From positions 703,326-767,325 of the forward strand of contig CAXWPL010000002.1 in the NCBI GenBank assembly GCA_963666215.2: DNA of 64,000 nt. Direction: 5' to 3'. The position numbers were made by a program, and so were the translations under genes. The stretch's first letter is position 1; every line of letters begins with the position of its first letter. The notes beneath the pieces are model-generated. The model worked only from the letters and a program-made list of their open reading frames with translations, did not search any database and had not been told where the DNA came from. Positions 19,563 to 31,244 of this stretch are shown here, piece by piece. Origin of the DNA: Acidobacteriota bacterium. Lineage in GTDB: Bacteria; Acidobacteriota; UBA890; WLXD01.

Positions 19563-19702
19563 GTTGCTAGACTGGCCGGGCTGCCATCGGTTCACCCGGC
19601 GGGCGGCCGCAAGAATGCCATTCGGAGGGGCGGTGGCCGGCCGACGCCGGCAACCTCTTCGACGACACGGGAGTCAAACGGCCCTGGTAGGAGCGTCATC
19701 GG

Positions 19703-19909
19703 ATGGAACCCACGGAAGTGCAGCCGGAACCGCCCTCTCGGAGCGACGCTGACAGGTGTGAGTCGGCAATCAAACCCGGCGACTGGTCATCGCACCCCGC
19801 GGTGAACAGCGCTACGCCATGCCCGTACTGCGGCCACGAGGCGCTGCATGAACAGCACTGCAAGCGAATGTGCCTGGCTTGCGGCTGGTATGAGTCCTGC
19901 GTCGACTGA
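19703..19909 (+). CDS. Small zinc-ribbon protein
   Basis: CPYCG...HCKRMCLACGWYESCVD; GGAG upstream of ATG. Confidence 0.6.
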   Translation: MEPTEVQPEPPSRSDADRCESAIKPGDWSSHPAVNSATPCPYCGHEALHEQHCKRMCLACGWYESCVD

Positions 19910-19943
19910 TCTTCACGACCGTCCTGGGATCTGGCCCTGGGAA

Positions 19944-21362
<1,419 letters not shown>

Positions 21363-21431
21363 GTCCTTCTTCCTTGCTGCCGCGGTTGACAGTCTCGCCG
21401 GCTCGTCGGAGCTCGCTAGCGAATCCGTTTC

Positions 21432-23900
21432 CTACTGAATGTAGCCCAGAGCTCGCAGCTGCTCGAGGATCTCCGGAGAGAGCTCCTCTTCGGTACCCTG
21501 AGCACTTTCGGCGCGAAGAATCGCCACGTTCTGAGCCCGCTGAAGTTGTAGCTGTTGCAACAGAAAGCGCGCTCGCAACGGCTCAGCGGCGGCGAGATTC
21601 TGCAGCTCTCCAGGATCGTCAGAGACGTTGTAGAGCTCAGTGGCGCTGGTCGGCTCGTCGTGGATGACCTTCCAATCCCCGGCACGTAGGGCGCCCAGCG
21701 GCCGCGGATCACGGTCGTGCGGCGCCACGCCGCGGCTGCGGAAATAGAGCGACCGGCGAGGCTCCGCCGAGTCGAACGCGAGCGGCACCAGGTCGAGGCC
21801 CTGGAATCGAGCCTCAGCCTCGTCAACGCCAAACAGCGAGGCCACCGTCGGGGCCACATCGATGAGACTGGTTGGCACTTCGACGCGTGAAGCGAATCCG
21901 GACAGCCCGCCGGGCCACTTGATCACCAGGGGGACGCGGAGCACCTCGTCGTAGAGGATGCGTGTGTGCAGGAAGTAGCCATGTTCGAGGAAGGCCTCGC
22001 CGTGATCCGAGAGAACGATGATCATCGAGCTGTCGTAGCGCCCCTCTTCCTTGAGCGTCGACACGAGGTTCCCCACAAGCTCGTCGGCGTAGGCAACATT
22101 CTCGTCGTACTTGTCGCGAATGAAGCGTCGATGATCAGCGTCGATCTCCTCCGCTTGCTGCAGCCGCGGGAAACCGTTCAGAAACGATGCTCCGTAGGGC
22201 TCGACGCGATCGAACCAACTGCTGTAGACACCCGCGTGGGGCGGCGGCGGGTCGTAGGGACCATGGGGCGGCAGCATGTGAATCACCGCGAACGTCGGAG
22301 CGGCCTCGATGAACAGCTCGTCGGCCGCAGGCATGACCCCGGGCTCCTCGCGCGGCGCATCGTGAATCTCGTCGAAGCCTCTCCTCAGGGTCGCGTTGCC
22401 ACGATAGATGGTGTGCTGACTCCAAACGAGTGTCTGGTACCCGAGGCGTCCCACCAGCTCCTGCAGTGTGGGTATCGACTCGGGCAGCTGGGTGCCCCAG
22501 GTCTGCACGCCGTGAGCGCCCGGATAGCGTCCGGTCAACAGCGAGGGCACCGACTGTCCCGTCCAGGGAGCCGCCGCGAACGTCTCCGCGAAAACGGTGC
22601 CGTCCGCGGCGAGCGCGGCGATGTGCGGAGTCGAACGCTCCGCGCCGTACGGGGAAAAGGCGTCGGCTCGGGCGGCATCGAGCAGCACGATAAACAGGTC
22701 AGGCGACGCGCCACCGACTCGGCCCGGCGAGCTGGCAAGCGACGCTGCATCCGAATCCCGAGGTAGCGCCTGAAGTCGACCGGCTCCGAGCGCTGCGAGC
22801 GGAATCTGAGCGGTCGGAGCGACCACTCGAGGATCTACCCAGCGAACGCTGTCAGAGGTCTCGGCGCCGTCGGCCGCCCCCCTGCGTTCGGAGCCATCTG
22901 TGCGCAACCGCAGCGACACGATCCGGCCAGCCCACGCGCCCAGATCGGCATCGATCGTGCCGGCGGATGCGGCGCCACAGGATGCCACCTCGGTTGACTC
23001 GGAGACGCCTCCATCGACATCGCCGCCCGATGCTTGGCCGTCGGCTCCTGGCGACGTGGCGACCACCTCCACGACTCCCACCAGGCCAGCAGCGGAAGCT
23101 CCGCAGCCCGCTTGAAAGCGACCACCGGTAGGAACGTCGATCAGCAGCTCGAAGAGACTTTGCCTCGGCATTTCCAGCACCGGTGCCGCTGGGGACGACC
23201 CATCATTCACGCCCGCCACAACGCGGATCTGTGGCACCGATGACGGGGCGTCGCCGCGGTCTGAAGGCTCGCCGATCCGCAGCGAGCGGAACCGTGCGGC
23301 CAGCTCGCGGTTGTCGTCGTTGCCGGGGAACACAACCGAAGGTCGATGCGCGTAGTCGAAGTCGATACCGAGTCGATTGACGCCTATCCGCAACGACTCC
23401 GCGGGCAACGAGATCTCGTATGCTCGCCAGCGTTTCTCGAGCGTCAGTGTCGATATCGGCTCCTCGTTGAGCGTCAGCTCCACCACCTGGTCGCGGGTGC
23501 GCGGACCAAAGAAGGGCCGCACCTCGAATGTCAGCACCGCGCGCGATCCGCCGACCCAGAGAAATTCCACCTCGGAGCGCTCGCCGGTCGCCCAGTGCCC
23601 CTCGGCTCCGGCGATGGAGGGTTCCTCCCAACCCGTAACCAGCGGACCTCCCGCCCCCTGCTCGGGGTCGGCCGGAATAATCTGTGGGTTCGCGACCCAA
23701 CCGGGTGACACGGCCACGTAGTCCACAAGCCGGTAGGCCACCGCGTCGCTGGTGGCGTCGGCACAGCCACCGAGCACCGACAGCGCGAGCGCCGCGATAA
23801 CGACAAGCCTGCAGTCGGTCTCACACACGGCGGCGTCTGGGCGACGCCGCCGTGCCGCTCGATGGCTGCGGAAGAGGCGATAGCAGTGACGCACAGGCAT
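21432..23900 (-). CDS. Sulfatase-like/alkaline-phosphatase-superfamily protein, putative lipoprotein (start uncertain)
   Basis: Lipobox-like LGGC; LLDAARAD, PWTGQSVPSLLTG, PHGPY, SDHGE, VPLVI, terminal LRALGY. Confidence 0.85.
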   Translation of the reverse strand: MPVRHCYRLFRSHRAARRRRPDAAVCETDCRLVVIAALALSVLGGCADATSDAVAYRLVDYVAVSPGWVANPQIIPADPEQGAGGPLVTGWEEPSIAGAEGHWATGERSEVEFLWVGGSRAVLTFEVRPFFGPRTRDQVVELTLNEEPISTLTLEKRWRAYEISLPAESLRIGVNRLGIDFDYAHRPSVVFPGNDDNRELAARFRSLRIGEPSDRGDAPSSVPQIRVVAGVNDGSSPAAPVLEMPRQSLFELLIDVPTGGRFQAGCGASAAGLVGVVEVVATSPGADGQASGGDVDGGVSESTEVASCGAASAGTIDADLGAWAGRIVSLRLRTDGSERRGAADGAETSDSVRWVDPRVVAPTAQIPLAALGAGRLQALPRDSDAASLASSPGRVGGASPDLFIVLLDAARADAFSPYGAERSTPHIAALAADGTVFAETFAAAPWTGQSVPSLLTGRYPGAHGVQTWGTQLPESIPTLQELVGRLGYQTLVWSQHTIYRGNATLRRGFDEIHDAPREEPGVMPAADELFIEAAPTFAVIHMLPPHGPYDPPPPHAGVYSSWFDRVEPYGASFLNGFPRLQQAEEIDADHRRFIRDKYDENVAYADELVGNLVSTLKEEGRYDSSMIIVLSDHGEAFLEHGYFLHTRILYDEVLRVPLVIKWPGGLSGFASRVEVPTSLIDVAPTVASLFGVDEAEARFQGLDLVPLAFDSAEPRRSLYFRSRGVAPHDRDPRPLGALRAGDWKVIHDEPTSATELYNVSDDPGELQNLAAAEPLRARFLLQQLQLQRAQNVAILRAESAQGTEEELSPEILEQLRALGYIQ

Positions 23901-24174
23901 CCGATCCGACCAGATGGGGCGGAAGTAAGAGGGGGTTGCGGTTGACAAACACGCGAGCGGTCGGCGAGAGACGCTGTCCAGTGCGGCAGTATAGCGGCAG
24001 TCAAGCGTGATTTTCATGCGCCCGCCGCGACAAGCACGGCCCTGCCTGGACGCTAGTGGCGGCACCGCCCATAATTTCCGCGGCCAACAGCGGCCAGGAG
24101 CGGACGCACCCCACAAACTGTGCCTTTCGCTTCGATAACGTAGAGCGTCGGCCCCTCAACACCTCGCGAGCGAC

Positions 24175-24651
24175 ATGCATCAGAGCACACCGTCACGTCT
24201 CACGCTTCTCGTCCCCGGCGCGGTCTGTCTTGCCGTAGCCACAGCGGTCGGTATCCAGCTGGGCTGGAGTCAGCGCGAAGACGCGTACTGGACACCCGCT
24301 GAAGAGGCGACCAGCCTCGACGAGGCCCGCGATCGAGTGGAGCTGCTCGTCGAGGGCATTCCCGTCCGCGAACGTGCGGCCGATGGCCAGTTGACGCTCG
24401 ACACCGGCGCCGGGTCGCGCGTGCTCGCTCCGAGTGACATCCGGGTCCGCTTCAACAACGCCGCGGGCGTTACGCGTGGTCAAACCATCCTCTTCGCCGT
24501 GAGCCTTACAGCGGGCATCGTGCTGCTGGTTGTCGCCGCTCTGCTACCGGCGGGCGGCGCGCGTATCGCCGCAACGCGGCATCCATCACGGAACGCCGAG
24601 ACGCAGGGCGGAGAGCCCGCGCCGGCGACACCCCAGGAGCCTGGCCGATGA
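24175..24651 (+). CDS. Hypothetical two-TM protein
   Basis: Two TM helices flanking YWTP...DIRVRFNN loop; ATGA overlap with next gene. Confidence 0.65.
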   Translation: MHQSTPSRLTLLVPGAVCLAVATAVGIQLGWSQREDAYWTPAEEATSLDEARDRVELLVEGIPVRERAADGQLTLDTGAGSRVLAPSDIRVRFNNAAGVTRGQTILFAVSLTAGIVLLVVAALLPAGGARIAATRHPSRNAETQGGEPAPATPQEPGR

Positions 24652-25376
24652 GTAGCTGGGGCCGCTCGCTGCCGGCGGTGGCGCTGGCCACGCTGCTTGT
24701 GGTGCTGCTGCTGATCTGCGCCAGCCAGCGGTCAGCCGCGATCGAGCAGGACCTCATGCTGCGTGCGCAGCGCACGCTCGATGCCGAGAACATCCCCTAC
24801 TACGACCTCGACTTCGACGGCCGCGACGCGATCCTCGGAGGCGGCGCCCCTTCACGCGATGCCGCCGACCGTATCGTCGAGTTGGTGGCCGCCGTCCCGG
24901 GAGTACGCCAGGTTCGCGATCTCCTGTCGGTGCCAACCGCGGCCTCGCGCGGAGCGGATCACGCGACCGCTGCGCTCGAGCCACCGGTCCTGCGACTCAG
25001 CCGCGGCGGCCGACGCGTGACGGTGAGCGCCCGCCTCCCGGAGACCGTCCGGAGCGAGTGGACACGGGCAGCGGAGTCTCAGGGGCTCGACGCCGGCGGC
25101 AGTGGCGGCTGGGTGTTTTCGGACGATGTTGCCGATCTCACCTGGACCCGCGACGCGTCGACCTTGGGCGCGCTCCTCGATCTACTCGACGAGCTCGACG
25201 ACAACGCACGCTTGGTGGTGCGCGGCACCAGCGCCTCGCTCTGGGGCCAAGTTCCCGACGACGACGACGCCCGAGCGATCCGCGACAGGTCGCTCGGCGC
25301 GTTCGGAGACCTTTCGTGGACCTTCCAACTTTTCCTGCGCGGCGGGATGCCAGCCTCCGCGCGCGGGGGTAACTGA
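24648..25376 (+). CDS. Membrane-anchored BON-domain protein
   Basis: N-terminal TM; FDGRDAILGG..VAAVPGVRQVRDLL BON motif; further BON-like segments. Confidence 0.7.
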   Translation: MSSWGRSLPAVALATLLVVLLLICASQRSAAIEQDLMLRAQRTLDAENIPYYDLDFDGRDAILGGGAPSRDAADRIVELVAAVPGVRQVRDLLSVPTAASRGADHATAALEPPVLRLSRGGRRVTVSARLPETVRSEWTRAAESQGLDAGGSGGWVFSDDVADLTWTRDASTLGALLDLLDELDDNARLVVRGTSASLWGQVPDDDDARAIRDRSLGAFGDLSWTFQLFLRGGMPASARGGN

Positions 25377-25380
25377 ACCC

Positions 25381-26790
25381 ATGCTGTACTTATTTGGCCA
25401 GATTCTCTTTTGTCTCCTCGCCGCCGTTGCTGGGGGCTGCCTTCTTGGCTGGCTTGTTCGTGGATATCACGAGCGTGAGATCACCGAGGATCTTCGCCAC
25501 ACCTTGAAAGCAACCGAGGACGTCAAGGACCGCGAGCTCGAGGAGGCGCTGCGCAACGCAGAGGCTCACAACGCCCGCGCCGAGGCCCTCGAACGCCAGC
25601 TCGAGGAAGCTCGCGATCAGCTCGAGGCCCTGGAGGGCGTCCCACCAGCTACGACCCTCATTTCGATGCCCCAGCCGGGCGACGAGTCGGCTGCTGCAAG
25701 TACCATCGCCGTCGATGAAACGGTGATGGTGGGCTCGCTGATGGCGACCGGATCCGATCCGATGCAGGACACGCTTGCCGACGTTCGTGAGGAGGCGCGG
25801 GAGAGGGCCACCGAGGCGCTGCGATTGCAATCAGAGCTCGGCAGCCTGCGCGGCCAGCTCGAGGAAAAGGCAGAGACCATCGCAACCCTGGAAACTCGCC
25901 TGGTTGAGCTCGAGCCGCTCCAGGTCAAGCTGGCTGAACGCGAACAACGCCTGAGGGATTTGCAAGCGGCGCCACGAGCGGCGGAAATACCGGATGACGT
26001 CGCCCAGCGACTGGCGCGCAGCGGCGAGGAAATCGACGCGCTGCGTGAGCAGGTCCACGCACGCGATACCGAGAACAATCGCACCCGCTACGAGCTGCAG
26101 GAGGCGCAGAGCGCGCTCGAAGCTGGCCACGTGCGGGTGCAGGAGCTCGAAGCCTTGACCGCGACCCTACGTGAGGGGATCGAGAACGCCACCCTGCGAA
26201 ACGAGAAGCAGGAGAACGTTCATCGCTCGGTGGTTTCAACCCTTCGCACTGAGGTGTCGACACTCGAAGCCCGTCTCGTCGAGCCCGCGGCCGAGGTCGC
26301 TGAGGCCGCGACGCTGGAGCGCCACTGGAAGGAGCTGATCCTCGAGCGCAATCGGGAGATCGCGGCCCTCAAGCAAGAGCTCGCCAGCGCTGCGGCCGCG
26401 TCGGTTGCCGTCAGTGAACCTGAGCCCGAGCCTGCCGGCCCGGCCCCGATGGCCGCGAAGGGCTCCGCACCGCGCGAGAGGAAGGCAGAGACGGCGGCCA
26501 AGCCGGCGCGGCCACGAGGCTCGCGTTCGAGATCCTCACGGCGTCGTGTTGCCGAACCGGACGACCTGCAGGAGATCCATGGTGTCGGACCCGTTCTCGA
26601 AGCGGCGCTCAACGAGATTGGCGTGACCCGTTTCGAGCACGTGGCACGCTGGAAGCGCGACGACGTCGACCGGATCTCGCAGCAAGTCGACCGTGCCGCC
26701 AGCCGCATACGCCGCGAGCGTTGGGTCATGTCCGCTCGCCGCTTGCATCGCGCCAAGTACGGCGTTGCGGTCGACCTCAATGCCGACTGA
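25381..26790 (+). CDS. TM/coiled-coil protein with C-terminal helix-hairpin-helix (COG3743-like)
   Basis: MLYLFGQILFCLLAAVAGGCLLGW; long heptad region; DDLQEIHGVGPVLEAALNEIGVTRFEHVARW..RIRRERWVMSARRL. Confidence 0.75.
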   Translation: MLYLFGQILFCLLAAVAGGCLLGWLVRGYHEREITEDLRHTLKATEDVKDRELEEALRNAEAHNARAEALERQLEEARDQLEALEGVPPATTLISMPQPGDESAAASTIAVDETVMVGSLMATGSDPMQDTLADVREEARERATEALRLQSELGSLRGQLEEKAETIATLETRLVELEPLQVKLAEREQRLRDLQAAPRAAEIPDDVAQRLARSGEEIDALREQVHARDTENNRTRYELQEAQSALEAGHVRVQELEALTATLREGIENATLRNEKQENVHRSVVSTLRTEVSTLEARLVEPAAEVAEAATLERHWKELILERNREIAALKQELASAAAASVAVSEPEPEPAGPAPMAAKGSAPRERKAETAAKPARPRGSRSRSSRRRVAEPDDLQEIHGVGPVLEAALNEIGVTRFEHVARWKRDDVDRISQQVDRAASRIRRERWVMSARRLHRAKYGVAVDLNAD

Positions 26791-26840
26791 AGGCTCGGCG
26801 CTCGGCGCCTACCGCCGGCCGATGGAGTCGACAGGCCAGG

Positions 26841-28252
26841 CTACCTGAGCAACAAGAAGTACGCCACCAGCACAACCGCCAGGCCGCGCATCAGCCACCC
26901 GACTTCGCTGCCGCGGCCACAGCAAAGTTTGACGATCGCGTAGCTCACGATGCCGAGCGCCAGGCCATCGGCAATCGAATAGGTCAGCGGGATCCCCGCC
27001 AAGGTCAGGAACGCCGGAATCGACTCGCTGCGGTCCTCCCAGTCGATGCGCGACACCGACCGCATCATGAGGCCGCCAACAACGACAAGGGCGGGCGCGG
27101 TAAGCGGCGGGTAGCTGGCCACCATTCCCACCAGCGGCGCGAACAGCAAGGTCACCAAGAACAACGCCGCCACAACGACCGCGACGAGGCCCGTGCGACC
27201 TCCCTCCTCGACGCCGGTGGCGCTCTCGACATAGCTGGTTACGGTGCTTGTGCCCAGGCAAGCTCCCGCGACGGTGCCGACAGCGTCCGAGCGCATGGCG
27301 CGCCGCCCACGGGCCAGCCTGCCGTCGCGAGTGAGGCCGCCACTCTCGGTGACCGCCACCAGCGTGCCCATGGTGTCGAACACGTCCATGAAAAGCACGA
27401 GGATGACCATCGGCACGAGAGCCGGCGAAAGAGCTGCCAGGACGTCCATGGCAAAGAAAGTAGGCGCCAATGAAGGCGGGGCAGCAACCATCGTCGCGGT
27501 TGGCGAAAAGCGGGTAAGCAACAGGGACGACGTCAGCGCTCCCCCCTCCACTGCCATGCCGGGAAGCAGCGGCACGAGGGCTCGCAACGACAGTGCAAAG
27601 CCCAAGGCGCTGGCGATGCCGTAGAGCAGCGCGCCCCGCACAGCACGCGCCTGCAACACGGCGGTGACGAACAGGCCCACGAAGAAAACCGCCAGGTCGG
27701 GAGATGCAAGGCGATCTGTCAGCGCGACTATCGTCCCCGGGTCGCCGACAATCAGGCCCGCATTTCGAAGCCCGATGAAGGCGATGAACAGGCCGATCCC
27801 GGCCGCCATGGCGCCTTCATCGACGGGCTCATCGCCTCCATCAGCAACTCTCGGACGCCGAGGAGCGAAATCAGCACGAAGAGCACGCCTGCCACGAAGA
27901 CCACCCCGAGAGCGGCGCGCCACGGCTCCGGATGCCCCACCGCCGAGGCCGCCGGCAGTATTGTCATCACGAAGAAGAAGTTCTGCCCCATTCCGGGGGC
28001 TTGCGCTATCGGATAGCGCGCGTACAGGCCCATGACAGCCGTCGCGAGAGCCGCCGACAGGCAGGTGGCCACCATCACGGCGCCAAAATCCATGCCCGTT
28101 TCGATGCCGAGAACGCCGCCGCTGAGCACAGCCGGCTGCACGAAAACGATGTACGACATCGTCAAAAAGGTCGTCAGTCCGGCAACGACCTCGGTGCCTA
28201 CATCGGTGCCGTGCTCAGCGAGCCGGAACCAGCGCTCTAGGGACTCTCGCAT
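26841..28252 (-). pseudogene. NCS2/AzgA-family purine permease split by a 1-nt frameshift near 27812
   Basis: Frame 1 EVVAGLTTFLTMSYI..APGMG..SPSMKA; frame 2 MAAGIGLFIAFIG..FDTMGT..YVESATGVEEGGRTGL. Confidence 0.85.
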
Positions 28253-28351
28253 CCACGCCTACCCCGGTCAGGGTCATCAGATGGAGGCGATCATATCGGT
28301 CTGAGCGTCGACGATGCTCCGCTCTTCTGAAGGGCGGAGTGGCCTTTGTTG

Positions 28352-28996
28352 CTAGGGATGGCGTGTCGATACGAGCGAGAACTCGGCGCGGCGGTTTCGC
28401 GACCAGGCGTATTCGTTGTCGCCGAACTCGGCTGGGAGCTCCTCGCCGAACGACACCGTCTCGATGCGGTCCCAATCGACGCCAAGCGACACGAGGAACT
28501 CTCGCGTAGCCTTGGCGCGCCGATCTCCCAGCGCCATGTTGTACTCACTCGTGCCGCGCTCGTCGCAGTGCCCCTCGATCATGACGCGGGCATCCGGATG
28601 ATCACGCAGCCACGCGGCGTTGGATTCGAGAACTATGCGCTGATCGCGTTCGATCTCGGAAAGGTCGTAGTCGAAGTAGATCGGCTGCAGGACTCCGCTA
28701 CGGTTGAAGTCTGCCGCGCTGTCAAGATCGAAGCCGTCGTCCGCGGGAAGCCAGTTTTCCGCCTCAGCGGCTCGGTCACCGAACCCCTCCGCGCGGTGGT
28801 CAACGGGTGGCGACATGCCGTCGCGATACTCCAGATTGTCCGGATCGACGTGGTAACCAACAACCGGAGCGGCGGCCGCCCCCGGTCGACCGTCTGGCCA
28901 GGTCCCGCGGACAAGCGACCGGCCCGGCGCACACGCGGCGACGGCGAGGATGGCTACGAGGACAGTGGTGAGCAGTGCGGTGGAGTTCCGATTCAT
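28352..28996 (-). CDS. pal: Peptidoglycan-associated lipoprotein (OmpA-like domain)
   Basis: Lipobox VAAC; IYFDYD, IEGHCDERGTSEYNMALGDRRA, SFGEE, NRRAEF. Confidence 0.88.
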   Translation of the reverse strand: MNRNSTALLTTVLVAILAVAACAPGRSLVRGTWPDGRPGAAAAPVVGYHVDPDNLEYRDGMSPPVDHRAEGFGDRAAEAENWLPADDGFDLDSAADFNRSGVLQPIYFDYDLSEIERDQRIVLESNAAWLRDHPDARVMIEGHCDERGTSEYNMALGDRRAKATREFLVSLGVDWDRIETVSFGEELPAEFGDNEYAWSRNRRAEFSLVSTRHP

Positions 28997-29396
28997 CAGT
29001 TCCGACTTTCCCAAGATTTCCCGTGCTTCCCGACCTTTGCGAAGATCCGAGATCTCGGGCTCCGTGGCGTCGGGACGGGTTCGCGACTGGATGGCGGGGG
29101 TCTCCCGGCAGATTCGTAGGAGTATCGTGCCGTCGCCACACGGCAAGTTCTATAGCGATCGACCCCAACGCTCGCAACCATCCGGCCAGGAGCGGTTATC
29201 AGCGGAACCCGCCAGGCCAGAGGGCCAGCGGACGGCCCCGGGCGACCGACTGAGGCCGGCAGGCACGGTCTTGATTGGCGCCGGCCGGGCATCGCTGCTC
29301 GCTCGGCTCCTCGCAACGACTGCACGGCTTGATTCCCGCCGGCCGATGGAACATACCTACCGACGCGCACTCACCCACTCGCAGGCGGAGGCAACC

Positions 29397-29873
29397 ATGA
29401 CCGAGGGAGAGCAAGAGATACCGAGCGGCGACGCGACAGCGACGAAGAAGGCCGACCTCGGACGACGAGCGGTCGCAGTTATCATCGACGGCCTGCTGGC
29501 GGGAGTCGTTTCGATCCTTCTGGTGGGAGTCGGCGGCCTGATCGCTCTTGCCTACATGCTGTTGCGCGACGGCTTCGACTTCGAGTTCATGCGCTTCCGG
29601 TCACTCGGCAAAGCGGTGATGAAGCTGCACGTCGAGAGCACGGTTGGCGCCCCGCTCGATCTGCTGACATCGGTGAAGCGCAACTGGGTGTTCGCCGTAG
29701 GTTGGGTTGGCGCCATCTTCGCTCCCTTCCCGTTCCTCAACATTCTTCTGGTGCCGCTCTTCGGCTTCGCGGCGCTCGTGATCGGCGTCATCGAGCTCTT
29801 TCTCGTGATCAGCGACGCCGAGGGCCGGCGCTTTGGCGACAAGCTGGCCGGAACCATCGTTGCGGAGGACTAG
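29397..29873 (+). CDS. RDD-family membrane protein
   Basis: RRAVAVIID, SLGKAVMKL, RRFGDKLAGTIV. Confidence 0.85.
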   Translation: MTEGEQEIPSGDATATKKADLGRRAVAVIIDGLLAGVVSILLVGVGGLIALAYMLLRDGFDFEFMRFRSLGKAVMKLHVESTVGAPLDLLTSVKRNWVFAVGWVGAIFAPFPFLNILLVPLFGFAALVIGVIELFLVISDAEGRRFGDKLAGTIVAED

Positions 29874-30040
29874 CGAGTTTCCGCCGGAAATAGAGAAAAC
29901 GGCGGAACCCCGGAAGCCCCCGCAGCGTCTTAGTTGTCAGGTAGCGCATCCCTGCCCGCGGTCGCTGATGCGTCAAACGCGACAAACGCGCTCAACCCGC
30001 GCCTTGGGCCCCGACAGACGCTGCACCGGAGACCTCACTC

Positions 30041-30739
30041 ATGGACCCCCAGAGCTCGCTGATTCACCTCGACGGCATAAGAAAGATCTTCTACGCGGAG
30101 GAGGTCGAGACTCATGCCCTCTCCGACGTCCAGCTAACGATCCAGCCTGGCGAGTTCGTGTCGATCGCCGGACCGTCGGGATCGGGCAAGACGACGCTGC
30201 TGTCGATTCTCGGCCTGCTCGATACCGCTTCAGACGGCGAGTACCACCTGAACGGCAACCCGGTGGCCAACCTCACCGCCTCGGAGCGCGCCCGCGTGCG
30301 CAACCGTGAGATCGGCTTCATCGTCCAGAGCTTCAACCTCATCGGCGACCTCAACGTGTACGAGAACGTCGAGCTACCGCTCACCTACCGCGGCATGTCC
30401 TCGTCGGAGCGCCGCGAGCGCGCCAACGCGGCTCTCGATCGCGTGGGCATGACGCATCGCGCCAAGCACATGCCGAGCCAGCTCTCCGGTGGTCAGCAGC
30501 AGCGCGTGGCGGTTGCGCGCGCCGTCTGTGGCGACCCGTCGATTCTTCTGGCGGACGAGCCCACGGGTAACCTCGACTCGGGCAATGCCGGCGCCGTCAT
30601 GGACCTCATGTCGGAGCTGCACCAGGGTGGCGCGACGATCTGCATGGTCACCCACGATCCGCGCTGGACCAACTACGCCGACCGCACCGTCCATCTCTTC
30701 GACGGCATGGTGGTCGACGAGCAGGTCGCCGTAGTCTAG
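30041..30739 (+). CDS. ABC ATP-binding protein (LolD/MacB-like), no adjacent permease
   Basis: GPSGSGKT, LSGGQQQRVAVARA, LADEPTGNLD, MVTHD. Confidence 0.92.
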   Translation: MDPQSSLIHLDGIRKIFYAEEVETHALSDVQLTIQPGEFVSIAGPSGSGKTTLLSILGLLDTASDGEYHLNGNPVANLTASERARVRNREIGFIVQSFNLIGDLNVYENVELPLTYRGMSSSERRERANAALDRVGMTHRAKHMPSQLSGGQQQRVAVARAVCGDPSILLADEPTGNLDSGNAGAVMDLMSELHQGGATICMVTHDPRWTNYADRTVHLFDGMVVDEQVAVV

Positions 30740-30749
30740 CGACCTGGTG

Positions 30750-30811
30750 ACGAGCTGATCGCCAGCTGACAACGAGCCGATCGTCAGTTCGCGACCAGCT
30801 GACCGACCTGA
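30750..30811. repeat. Three degenerate direct repeats with 22-bp period
   Basis: ACGAGCTGATCG (30750), ACGAGCCGATCG (30772), ACCAGCTGACCG (30794). Confidence 0.5.
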
Positions 30812-30987
30812 TCGGCGCTCGACCCGCGCCGACAGACCGAAGCCGGTGCCCATCGCCGAGCTCCGCATGTGGGAAAATCCGCGCGGCTTCGAATGCCGCG
30901 CTCCCGCTGCACCCTCGGCTGGCCTCGCTTCTGATGTCGGCTCGCTCGCATGCGGCACCGCTGGCACGTCCGTGCAAGGGCCGCCCC

Positions 30988-31240
30988 GTGATCCAGCTCA
31001 TCCGCAACTGCGACATCTATGCACCCGAACATGTTGGGCTGCGCGACCTGTTGGTGGCCAACGGTCGGGTGGAGGTGGTGACAACGGCCGAATCGCTCGA
31101 CTCGCTGCCGGCAGCTGTGCGCGTGGTGGAGATCGACCTGGTGGGCCGCCGCCTGATTCCCGCGCTCATCGACGGCCACGTGCACATCACTGGCGGCGGT
31201 GGCGAGTCGGGCCCCGAGTCGCGGATCGCGCGGCCGAGCT
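30988..31240 (+). pseudogene. iadA: Isoaspartyl dipeptidase 5' fragment (~80 codons)
   Basis: MIQLIRNCDIYAPEHVGLRDLLVANGRV...LIPALIDGHVHITGGGGESGPESR matches the IadA N-terminus (HxH, GGGGE); similarity then stops. Confidence 0.85.
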
Positions 31241-31244
31241 CGTC

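Noticed and set aside
29879-29907. TTCCGCCG/CGGCGGAA hairpin after the RDD gene as a terminator
   Set aside because: 13-nt loop and no U-tract on the coding strand; insufficient support
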